Assembly (NCBI RefSeq): GCF_964204645.1 | Contig: NC_134030.1 | Location: 12,235,947-12,299,946 of the forward strand | Direction: 5' to 3' | Source: Tubulanus polymorphus | Lineage: Eukaryota; Animalia; Nemertea | DNA: 64,000 nt | Shown here: piece by piece, positions 1-12,500 of the stretch | Numbering within the stretch: position 1 is the first letter of the stretch | Layout of the letters: each line of letters starts with the position of its first letter | The notes under the pieces: model-generated | Database searches by the model: none | Told to the model about the DNA's origin: nothing | Seen by the model: only the letters and a program-made list of their open reading frames with translations | Program-made: the position numbers and the translations under genes

Positions 1-79
1 TTTGAAACTGTTGTTGTTTTGTTAGTTCTTGGAAGTCATGCACCTCCTGTGACATATCTACAAAAAGTTTATACCGTTC

Positions 80-760
80 TTGTTCGTATTTCTTACATGA
101 CATAATAAAGTGAAATTCATCTTCAACGCATGCTTCAGGTCTACAAAAGTTACATACGCGTTCCTCAACCCTTTTACCCCTAAACCGACCCAATTCTATT
201 TCCAAACCCAGGACACCACACCTTAGCTGTGCTAATAAGCTTCTCTTCTTTCAATACACCTTAGTGCGTACTTCATATCAACTCATTGTAAATTATCTAT
301 AAAATTAGTATTTAGACCGAGGCTTCGACATAAGTTACCAAAATCTCGGAACCAACCAATATTCAAATCACGTAATTGGAGAAATATACATTTAGTGAGT
401 CTATCATCCGCCATAGCGATAAGTCTATTCCAAAGACAGAAAATTTCAAAATCACGCTTATACTTAGCTGGATACCATCCAAAGTCACCCTGCATTGCCG
501 CAATGGGGGTTAATGACCTCACACCAAGAAAAAATCTAATGGCTCTAGTTTGCACCCTTTCTATCAGTTTATTATTCTTTAAACCCCTCACACCGGCTCC
601 GTAACTAAGTTTAGGGTCCACAAATGATTCATATAGTTTAGTGAACGTTTTATAAGCGATATCATACTGTGATTTTAACTTATACATTAATTTCCCTTTT
701 TCATGTAACAATGTACGACAACACCGATCTCTTAGCTCTTTAACAAGTAATCAGTTCAAG
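80..760 (-). mobile_element. Non-LTR retrotransposon (CR1/L2/RTEX-group) ORF2 3' fragment, degenerate
   Basis: ORF 283-711 (IERVQTRAIRFFLGV...AAMQGDFGW...RLTK) resembles the post-RT region. A frameshifted continuation reads LLAQLRCGVLGLEIELGRF...ERVCNFC...VEDEFHF, a typical LINE C-terminal Zn-binding motif. Confidence 0.75.
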
Positions 761-832
761 GTTCGATTAATTCTACTACAGAAATACAAAACCACCAAGC
801 AAGCTTCCAGTACAACCATGTCAGCTAACCCA

Positions 833-3227
833 TTTTTAGGCCAGCCGTAGGCTGAGCCTATTACTATACAAATGGAGCGAATTTAAATGACATGGTTTCC
901 ACACAAAAGGCTTTTTTGCTTGCCAAGTGAGGGCATATTTGAACAAATCACGTATTTAAGCGTAATCCGTTCTCGGAATCGTAGCGAGCAGAATTTTGAA
1001 ATAGGGTCTCATAAAAATGTTTTCTGCATTTTTCACGAAAGTTAAATCGGGAAAATTTCAATTTTTATCAGCCAATCAGGAAGTTGTGTCTTCCCTGTGA
1101 TTGGTTTATCTGAAAATATCAGCAGCTGTTCACGTGAATTATCGCGATTTCATTACTGGCGCTTTTGCGCATGACGTCATGTATCAACACGCGACAATAC
1201 TTCCGCGTTCGCTACGTGTTCGCTGATTGGCCCATTTACTGGGAAATTCCACAGAAGCCTAATGTGGTTTGTTACAAGCGCTGTGATTGGCCCGACCCGA
1301 TTCTGGCATGGCTTTAGCTTAGTGGGTTCCAATCCCTTGACGGGTGAAGATGATGGATCCTATCAATATCTATTGAAACTAATAAGTTTCCCGGTTGGGC
1401 AGCCGCGGATATCTACCGGAAGTATTCGGGTTCGATATTTCGAGGTTTCTTTGAATTTTGGAGTGATATTGAAATCCAGTAAATACCGACGGTAGATTGT
1501 GAAAACCCATTGCATGATATTTGTATTACTTAATCAACGAAAAGCGTCGGGGCCGCGCCAGGAGTTTTCGTGATTCAAGTAGCACAATAGCCTACTTCTT
1601 CGTGTTCGTCCACCTCAATTTTCACTCCGCCGATCTCTGACACGGCTCTGTCCCCGTCGGCGCTGTGATTGCACTTTCGTATCACCGAAATTTTTTATTT
1701 CTTTATCAGGGAGGTCTGGAGAATAAAAAAGTCAAAATTTGGATATCACATAGGCCTGATTTCATTGAATAAGTCGACCATGGTCGTTACGTTTCCGTAC
1801 TTATTACCACCTAAAACCGTCTGAACAATTTTGTCACAACCAACATTTCGTTTACAGAAATCAGGTGTTCACGTGAACCCGCGGTATCGTCTACTGTTTT
1901 ACTTCCGGGTTTTATTTCAAGATTTAAAATTGTATTTCAAGATCGATTTCTATGAAATCTTTAGTTGATTTGGTGTTTGGGAGGAATTTTTATTTGCTCT
2001 ACAGAACATTCATCCTTGACAATTGCGCAAGGTTCGCGAAAAAAATGGTTTTACTAAATCGGGTGTATGACCTTGATATGCTAATTAGCCATGTGCCCGA
2101 ATTGCAAATTCAATCAAATTTTATTCTGCCAAAAAAATATTAAATACAATTCGCTTTCCAAGAGTTAATGGTATGCTGCATGGAACAAAGTTGTTTTGAG
2201 ATGGGTCTTGAAGCTATTGAGATCGAGAGATAACCATCTAGATAGTTCGTGAGAGTTCCAAAGTTTTGAAGAGGCTTCAAGGTAATGTCTTGATATTTGG
2301 TTTATACGTGTATCTACCCTAGACACATCTTCAGGCCAAAAACTGGCCCTGTCAGATTCAAGATGGCCGACTGGCAGCCATTGTTGTTCGCCAAAATCAG
2401 CACTTTTTACACATTTTTGAAGTTTTCGAGGGAAATTTTGAAGACACTTTTATCAATAACCTTGATCATTCGTATATATTTGTTTCCCCCGAGGGCCCAT
2501 CGGCATGAGAAATTGGGTCGATCGGACTCAAGATGGCCGTACTGTGACCTTTTTTGTTCCCAAAAATGTCAATTTTGGCCTGAATTCTGAGTACTGTAGC
2601 TTTCTAATGGTGTGCCATGTTTCATTGCAATTTGTAATGGGTATTCTTTGGAAAGGGATCTTTTATATCCGAGAGGGTATTTTTGACCAGGCAATTATGA
2701 CGCACTTGGCGGCCATCTTTGAGTCATCAGTACTCATTCGTAGGTGGAAAAAAGTTTTTCCACATCATAATTGATACTTAAGCATATTTTGCTACTATAA
2801 TCAATTGGAAAGTTGTAGCTCATGACATGTTTTATGATCGAGGTGAGTTTCAAGCTCATTGGTTATTGTTTATGGCCACCAGGGGGCGTTGAACAATACA
2901 ATAACTTAGTATATCTATATTACATTCGTACCTATGCATATTTTGCTACCACAATCAATTGGAAAGTTGTAGCTCATGACATGGTCTATGATCTTGGTGA
3001 GTTTCAAGCTCATTGGTTTTTGTATATGGCCACCAGGGGCGTTGAACAATACAATAACTTAGTATTTCTATATTACATTCGTTCCTGCTGTCTGTGTTAA
3101 CACACGATTTTACTATGTAAATGATATTGAGCAGGGAGTGTATATTGATAAATATAACCCACAGATTACATCATTTATAAAAAGCAAATCTGACAGGCTG
3201 GCCATTGTGCCCCTTGGGGCTCTTGTT
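833..3227 (+). mobile_element. Helentron-associated non-autonomous element (HINE/DINE-1-like), family A copy 1
   Basis: 5' T-run and hairpin TAGGCCAGCCGTAGGCTGAGCCTA; 3' sub-terminal inverted repeat AGGCTGGCC (3195-3203), then palindrome GCCCCTTGGGGC and TCTTGTT. Internal tandem pair of about 154 bp (2782-3085). Both ends recur inverted at 51446-52355. Confidence 0.75.
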
Positions 3228-3291
3228 AGAATTTCTTTCTTGTTTCATATTATAATTATATCATTTTGATTATTTTGATTAGGTGCCCAAT

Positions 3292-3540
3292 ATGGCTTCC
3301 AACTTGAGCAACACTTTCAGGGCAAAAATCGGTCCGTCAATTTTAAACTCAGATTTGTCAAGTCTTGGTGATGAATGTCAACGGATGCTTAATGCAGGTG
3401 CAGATTATCTTCACTTAGATGTCATGGACGGACACTTTGTACCAAATCTAACTTTTGGGCATCCCGTTGTAAAATGTCTGCGTCCAAAATTTCCTGGCGT
3501 CTTTTTTGATATGCACATGATGGTTTTGAATCCAGAAAAA
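3292..3540 (+). CDS. RPE: RPE coding exon 1 (MASNLSN...VLNPEK); acceptor AG at 3281-3282 implies an upstream non-coding exon
   Basis: [12 protein letters not shown] motif; donor GTAAGT at 3541. Confidence 0.95.
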
Positions 3541-6500
3541 GTAAGTGTACTATTAAGTATTATTAGAGTGAAACCAATGGAAACCATAAGTGATTATTTT
3601 AGCCCAGAACTTCAAAGGTTTTGATTTCTTAGCCACGGAATTTAGTCAGCCCTTTTGAAAATTATGTGGCATATGCCCATGCCCATGGCAACCATGTGAC
3701 ATCTCAGTAATTTTGATAACCCTGGACTCAAACCCCTGATCTATAAGTTGCCAGTCTAGTGCTCTATTAAATGGGTCATTGTGACTGTATGAATCTTGCA
3801 CTGTAAAATTGTTTTGACACAATGATTGAAATTCCTGCTCACTGATTGGATGATTTTTTGTTTGCCTCCATTTGCCCCCCCCCCCCCATAAATATTTTAG
3901 CCATTCGATTAGTTCACACAAGTATTGACAAGCACACCAAATTTCAAGGCCCATTATTCCTCCATAGTAGTAGCGTCAAATTATTATACAGATTATCATT
4001 GAATTTTCTTTTAGTGGATTGAAGAAATGCAAAAAGCTGGAGCTGACCAATACACATTCCATATAGAAGCAACTCAGGACCCTAAGGAATGCATACGAAA
4101 AATCAAAGAAGCTGGAATGAAGGTAATTGGAACCCTATACTTGTTCAGCAGACTATGCCTTCTAGCGGCAACAGAGTCACCCACATTAATTTCCGTGTTA
4201 GGCAGTGTCTGTTTTGGCCCTGTTTTCTCTGTGCAAATGCCATCACCAAATAAGATCTCAGTAGATGTTCACCTAGGCAATCGTGAGGAGTGTGAACTAC
4301 AACTTCTCAGGGCTTCCTTAGATTTGGATCGTTACAAGTCACCTTGTCAGTGAAATATCGAATAGGAGTAACCCAGGGCTCGTACTTATACAGAAAGGTT
4401 GTTCCTTTAAGCCAAAGATCAAGATGATGGGGTTGTTTAGTTGAGATTTCCCTAAAGGCGTCATCAAGCATTGAGGTGGTTCCCCGGCTCAAGTCCGCCC
4501 ATAAGTTCGACACAGTTTGTTACATGTGTATGCAAACGCGTATGTTCATTTGATATATAGCACAGCACAACACTATCGTACTATCAGTCCAGCAAATTTA
4601 GTGAACTTAAGATCGATTTCTCAAACTAACATAGAGTACATTTGAACCAACATGCAGCAAGTTCGTGGGAGGAATTGTCAGCTTCCTAATAGGTGCAACT
4701 CAAGATTTACTGAGTATCAATGAGCTCATTTATCCTTATTGTCCTCATTTATCAGGCCATACATTCAACGAATGAGGCTGCATGGTACACTGGCTCAAGC
4801 CGCTAAAATAATGTAGTTTGCGAACTGATAACTTGTCAAAACCCTTTAGCTTGAGACTTCTGTGAATCTAAACGTTGACAAGTGAATTAAGTCTCAAAGC
4901 CAATATTTCAACCAAAGTCTGCGCATTGAATGGGCGTTAACTTGACCCCATTCTGATGTATTTTAGCAGAGCTTCTGCAAGATATCTTATGCTGGAAGGA
5001 TTAGTTGGGCCACGAATCCCATCGAGTCGAACATGAAGTTTGCAAATGAGGGTATGTTTCGAAAAATTTGCAGGATATCTATCACCTTATTACCATTGGT
5101 GAAACACTTTTCCGTATTGTAACAATATATAGTGAATCTGAACACTAATATACGAGAAAGAAGAAGTCCGAAAATTTTCCTATATCCTAATAGTCTTCAA
5201 TAATCTTCAGGTTTGCAAATGAGGGTATGTTTCGAAAAATTTGCAGGCTTATCTATCACCTTATTACCATTGGTGAAACACTTTTCCGTATTGTAACGAT
5301 ATATAGTGAATCTGAACACTAATAAACGAGAAAGAAGAAGTCCGAAAATTTTCCTATATCCTAATAGTCTTCAATAATCTTCACGAAGATCTTCGTCGAA
5401 TCAATAAATTTTTAAGTTGAGGGAAACTTTTCAGACTTCGTCTTTCTCGATTAGTGTGGGATCTTCTATTTATCTGTCACCTGTTCGTCCATATGATGCC
5501 AAATGTTCTGCTGAGTAGCAGAGAGCTGTGATCATGTTAACTCACTGCATATTGACCTGTTTGTTACATCTATCGGAAAGTTGTCTGTTGGTGGTTCTAA
5601 CTTGGCACCTTAGAGCACTAGAGGCAGTCGTCAACATCAATGTTGCACAAAATCATATCAATCACCTTGTCAAAGTTGTGGATATTGTCATTGGCCGTGA
5701 CAGTTGCACAACTTTGCTGATATACAACCGCACCTCCCTCTGCATAATACATAACATATTTTTGACCGAATTTTAGCCCGGCTTAAAATAAATATTGTGA
5801 CTTCCTCAGACCACCAATCTTTTTAAAACATGTAATTTGACAACAGGAAAAAGGGCGTTCAGCATCAGTAAAACAATGTTTAATTACATGCATTAATTTC
5901 CCATGCGTCTGGGTAATCGCCTACTGTTCTGTTTTATTATATAGACTAGCTGACACCCCTCAAATGGATGGCTTTTTTTGCCGCATGGGTCCATTGGTTG
6001 CAAGCAACCCCTTCCCCCTTCACATAAACCAGAGTTCTGCTATTTTTTTCGTATGAAATACATTCACTTTGATTGGCTGGAGAGTGCATCTAAATGCTTC
6101 AAATGTTTAGAATCCTTGGACCAATCACCCTCAGTAATCTGTCTGTGGTCTAATTTCTCTATCTTATATTACAAAGCTTATCTAATTATAACCACCAATG
6201 ATTAAGTAACTCATTAGTGTCATTATGCCCCCAGTGCCATTCTGAGTCAAGATTAGATATCATTACAAACAGAGATGATTATTTTCCGCCATTTTTATAT
6301 GGCCTTTCTGAATATAAAAAATTACCACCAATGATTACCGTATTTTCCGGCTCGGCCAATAAGCCGAGGGCAGTTTTTTAACCTAAAATACATTGATTTA
6401 TCAATGCTTTGCCCAATAAGCTGCGGCCCTACATCAGGGATTTTAATTCAGTGTGAGTGCGCAGTGTATACTATCATTGCGGAGTCACTGCTATATATAG

Positions 6501-9500
6501 ACTTGCTCACCTATATTTGCACACATGGGGCTGACTGCTGACGCACGTATATACAAATGTACTGGCGCTGCACTATTAGATTGCCACTGTGAGGTGATGA
6601 AATAGTTCTGAATAGATTATTGATAGTAGATAATGACCTCAAATAAATATGGAACACTCATTGATTTTGATGATCTTCAGGAGCAATACAGTGACATGGT
6701 TCAGAGAGTAATTATTTAGGTGAGATCGTATCTGTCCAATAAGCCGATCACAATATTTTGGGTAAAAATCTGAGTTAGAAGATTGGCTTATTAGCCGGAA
6801 AATAAGGTAGGTCACTAACTAACTATGCATTGCCCCCCCCCCTTACAGAAGTAGCATATGGGCAATGGAGCCTTTCTGTGAGGCTGTATATGGGCGTCCA
6901 ATCACTAGAATATCGCTAAATCAAATCATATGATTTATGATACAAAGATTTAATGAATGAATATCTCAACCAAAACATCAGAAATTCACAACTGAAGCAC
7001 AATTCAGCGTGAGACAACTATGTCATGTACTGTTGTGATGTTGTGTTGTGCAACCTTAGTCGGTCAGTAAATTACTATATACATGAAGTATGGTATTTAA
7101 GTGGCTTTAAGTGAATATTGTGATCTTTTGGGACCGCCAATCTTTTTATAACATGTAACTTGACAATGAGAAATACTGGCATTAAGGGTCGGTAAAAGGA
7201 CATTTAAGTACACGCATAAATTTCCTTACAATGCGTCGCGGTGAATACTGTTTGTTCTGCTTTATTGTATGGACTAGCAATATACCCGTCCGCCAAGACG
7301 GGTAGAATATAATAAATCACTAAGGTGCGGAAAAAAAATAAGATATTTATTTATCGATATGAAATCTACACTATAAGTCAGGCATTAGAAACAAATATCA
7401 AAGAAGAGAAAAAGTATAACAATACTGTATTTTCCGGCCAATAAGCCGATTTTCTAGCTTCAGATTTTTACCCAAAATATCGTGATTGGCTTATTGGGCG
7501 GATACGATCTGACATAAAAAATCACTTCCTCATCTATGCCACTCTAATGCTCTCAATGATCGTCAAAATCAAGAAAAGTGGTCGATATTTATTTGAGGTC
7601 ATTATTTACTACCAATTATAATCTATTTTGAACTATTTTATTTTTACTTTGATTGTTCCATCACCGCACAGCGGCAATGGTATACATTTATATAACGCGC
7701 GAGTTCATCGTACTACCACGTGTCAGTTCATACATTAGTATATATGCAAATCAGCAGTGAGCCACGTACTGCGTGTATGGCTGTGTGTATAGTAATCAGC
7801 TGAGTGAGTCTATATATAGCACAGTCACTCGGCGATGATAGTATACAAAGCACTCTCACACATCGGCGGGCGCTACTGTCAGCCTCGGCTTATTGGGCGA
7901 AGCTTTATGAAATCCATGTATTTTAGGCTAAAAAACTGCCCTCGGCTTATTGGCCGAGTCGGCTTATTGGCCGGAAAATACGGTATTTCGCTATAAACTA
8001 TGTTTTTGGTTTGTTTTTGAGGGGTGAGTACTGTAACACGATCAATACAGTAATTCGAATATAGCGGAAACTCAAACACTGAAAACTTAAACACCGGACA
8101 CTGTTTCTCAACAACGTGCAGATACGGCCGTACATTGGCATATTTTTCCTAAGAGTATTTAGACATCAAATGTTTTTCCTAGAACAAGTTTAATTATTTT
8201 AAAGTGCCGTTTTAGTCTACATAGGGAAACGTTTTCTTCACTCAACAAGAACCACCACCAAATAAAAATCACCATCAAACGTAACCAACTCAATCTTTTT
8301 GTATGAAAATTTGTTTATTTTATCGTAACTTCTCAAAAACAACTCATTTTTTTATTAATATTGTTCAACAAATTCATTCTATCATAAATGCACAAACGAA
8401 CGTAATGCGCGAACTGCACTTTTATAAGTTAGTGCGATCACATGAAAGTGATGATTTAATTGTTAGAAAGTTTTGTGCAATCTATGAATTCAAAAATGTG
8501 TTTTTAATTTGTCTTGATGATTTGAAGTCATGTTGTGTTGCACGTCCATGCTAACTGTAAGAGAAGTAGGAGAAAAAGTTCGATATTTTCTTCTAATAAA
8601 AGCTGTATCTAAGTGATAATAGGTTCTCTGTGGTTTTGAGCTTGTAGTGAGGACACCGGTATGGGGGTGCGTAAAAGTTTGGAAGCCCCACTGTCTAACA
8701 ATTAAATCATCACTTTATGCGAAAATCCTTTTCCACATCCATAACATTTACGGATAAGACCTTGCTAAAATGTCAATGCAAGTTCATTTATATTTGAGTT
8801 AAGGGATGCTGATGGAGGCTGCACTTTGTTTTTCACTGATCTTCTCTGAATATTTCCTTTTGTGCCACATGACTGAATATTTATATCGGTTGTAGCTATT
8901 CTAAAATTGTTAGTTTTTTTCTTTAAAGATTTATGCCATCTTAAGTAATTTTCTAATAATCGTTTAGCCTTTTCGGCAGCTGCAATGGTATGTGAACATA
9001 TAGAATGGTAGGAATAAGATTTACAAGTACACAAACATTTCCCGCTTACTGTGCATAGGTTAACATTGTTATTGAAAACAGAACTCTCGCTAATTATACT
9101 ATATTTCAATACAAGATGGAGCAATGGCAATTGAATTATTTGAAGTCATTAAATTATCTGCTTTCTGCCACATGGACAATAACAGGCTCTCAGAAATATG
9201 AAGTCCAAACTTTTATTTTGCATCATTAGCTGAAATACTCAAATTAGGAGTGGGAACATTTATGAGGGGTGTATTATTAAGGTTATATAGAGCATGCATT
9301 GTCTGAGTTTGACTCATAGATAAATGCTCAATGCATTTAGGATGAGTCAATTTAAATAGGTCTTTACACAAAATATGTTTGAATTCCTCTCTCACAGAAA
9401 ATCTATCAGAAGTACCAGCATATGCACGATAAAGCTCTTCTCTTTCGCTGACTATCATTTTTTTCAATGACTGGATGAATGCACAGAGTCTATACTCACG

Positions 9501-12500
9501 ATTTTGCATCCAATTTCTTATCCGTGAATTTGTACTTTCGGATGCATTTGTATAATACAGTAGAGGCGGTTGCCCCAGACCAGCCTTTGTACGGATACAA
9601 GCTAAAAAACTATTTTTCATCATTGTTAAATTATTCTTTATGAAATCGGAAAACTTCTTTGAGGGGTCTAGTTCATCCCAGCGAACAGATAGCTCTAGAA
9701 CACGTAACTCACAATCTTCTGGAGAGGTTGCGTCAATTAATCCATTCACGTCATCATTGCCAAAAATACTACCAATTATTTCATTTGAAATGTTTTTATT
9801 CAAACCTAAGCTACTTATTTTGGTTTCTAGATTATTCTTAAAATGTCTAGTACACCGAAGATGAATTGCCTCGGTTAGATATGTTTTGGCGGCTTCATAC
9901 AGCTTGACCTCACCGTCAGTCCCAAAAGCAATAATATCAGATTTACAACCTTCAGAAATTGTTTTAAAAAGAATATTATAATCATTTCTGGTTTTTTTGT
10001 AATGTAAAAGAATGGGACCAGTAAAAATCGGGGACTTACCTGTTTGATTACTGATAACATGTAAATTTTTGTATGTTATAGGGGTAACATGAAACTTACC
10101 GAATTTAAATGTTGGATCGACTGAAATTGGAGAAAAATCAATATGATCGGATGAAAATTTGTACATTTCATCTAACTGCTCATCCAGAAATAATACACTG
10201 GTAAAATTCGGATGGACCTCAATAAAACGAACGAAATCCTTCAATTCACCTTTTGCTCATTGCAAGATAGAAGATAATTCATCTTCTTCATGATAGTGAG
10301 TTGTACCTTTATGTGATTGCTTAATTTTATAAGATGTTCCCCTAGTTACTAAATCAGCCAATGAATCAGAAGTCAACACTGATGATACTGAAATAGATTC
10401 AGCGGTTGTCTGACCGTGAAGGTTATCTTTTAGCTCAACAAATACACTAGGTTTTGTTTTACTATATGGTTTGTCTGACGATTTGCAATTACCATGTGGA
10501 ATAACACTAATTGGATGTTCATCATTTGCAAATAAATATTGAATGATTGCACAATTATTGATTATGGCACCTGCTTCATCAGTCATATACATAATTTTTC
10601 TCGAAAAGTGAGAATGGTGTTTATTTTTATGGTATGCCCAGGTAAGAAAAAAGTCAGAGTCCATATTCTTATCTTTGGTCATGATGAATCGTTCACTATT
10701 TTTTAAAATCTTTAATTTTGTTTTACCGTTATGGCGATAAACACCATTACCATCGCTAGTGAGATCACTTAGAGGAACCCTATTTAGATCGACTAAAAAT
10801 ATAACATTATTTTCCACACGATAAGGTACCTTAGTACACTTAGAAGAAACTCTTGGATTAGTCAGGGATAAACAAATATCATTTAACTCAAAATCTTTTC
10901 CATGCCGGAATACAGGGAGCTCTTGATCACCATGGTAATACCGGTATTGATGGTTTGCATCCTCAAAACTGTAAGAAATAATGCAAGGTTAATCGAATGT
11001 TCTAAAAAATCAGGCCCAAATGAAATCATTCAATGAATATTTACCTTTCATCACCACTACTACTACCATCAGATATCGTCAGAATGGATGATTTTGACAA
11101 TATACACAGAAGATTATTATTCAAATGTACATATTCAAGTACCGGTAGGATATTAACATGAAACAAATAGATGAATACTTACTTCTTGCCGTCTATTTCA
11201 GAAATGAAATCCAACAGATGACATTCAGTGTGATGGTTTTTCATCTCTTCGTTGCTTGTTGATTTATACATGCATAGTTTGCACTTAAAACACTTCGGAC
11301 TGTAAATATAAGCCAAATTTTATATTTATATACCACTATGAAAACTGTAGCATATTAAGATCTATTAAAATACCACCATTTACAATTGAAAATAATGAAA
11401 AACAATTGAAAATAAAAATATTTGTATCATTCTATATTCACACCTGACAATCCCCTGTAGTGTCAAGTTCTTACATATTGAATCAATTGATACAGATTTT
11501 TTTTTTGTGGAATTCAGAGGTGTTATAATGAAGTTAAGTTAGAGACAAACCTAGGCTTAGGGCAGCTTAACTTTTTCCTCTTCGAAGGTAACTTATCCAT
11601 TTTAATCTTCCTTTTTTGGCAACTGACAAAAAAGCATCATCAATAGTCCGAGGCTTCAATCTATAATTTGGATGACTCTCATATGGGCCCTCAACAGCCT
11701 ATAGGCTAAATTGATTTACATGTATATTAATACCTACCGAGCTTGCTCATCATCTGACAAGATGTAAATGCCTTCTTCTCTGAAAATAAAGCTTGAGTTG
11801 AACAGAGAATTTAAATATGAATGACAATGACTAAGGTCATATTTATTTTATTCTGGTCAAGAGTCAAATATTAGAAATACATGTACTAACATGTTATATT
11901 GCAACTAAGACAGGCTTAGATAAGATAGGTTAATGGGGTATGAATTATAGTTTAGGCAAAAAATGATACCTTGTTTCTCATTTATAAAGGATATCTGTAT
12001 GCCCAAAAGTGACCAGGCAGGCAGCATTTTATTTTTTCCATAAATGAAATTTGTATGAAATTTGTTATACGAAACTAGTAGAAACAGTCACATACCGGGC
12101 AGTTCTTACCAAAAACACATTATCATCTAACAATTATTGCTATATCTAAGTAGACGAAACATTATTAAAACATATGAGGCAGTTTTTTTTTTCAAATACA
12201 CATCTAATTACCAAAATCTTATCAATTATTGCTATATTGAGGTAGTAGAAACAGTAACATATCAGGCAGTATTAACTAATACACATTTAATTATCAAAAT
12301 CTATAATTTGCTATGTGAAAGTAGTAGAAACAGTAACATATCATATATAGTTATCAAAAAATAACAATTATTGCAATATTAGGCTATAGTTACAAAACTA
12401 AAAAATAGAAACCTTAACCCTTACTGAGCGGAATATTTTCCCACGAACTATCCCTCAGTGCGGGTTTTTTTCACCAAAAAAATACCATAATTGACATCTT

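Noticed and set aside
3283-3624. Bacterial-type or horizontally acquired rpe ORF
   Set aside because: Similarity ends at a GT donor and continues in four spliced exons, so this is an ordinary animal RPE. The ORF tail is intron read-through.
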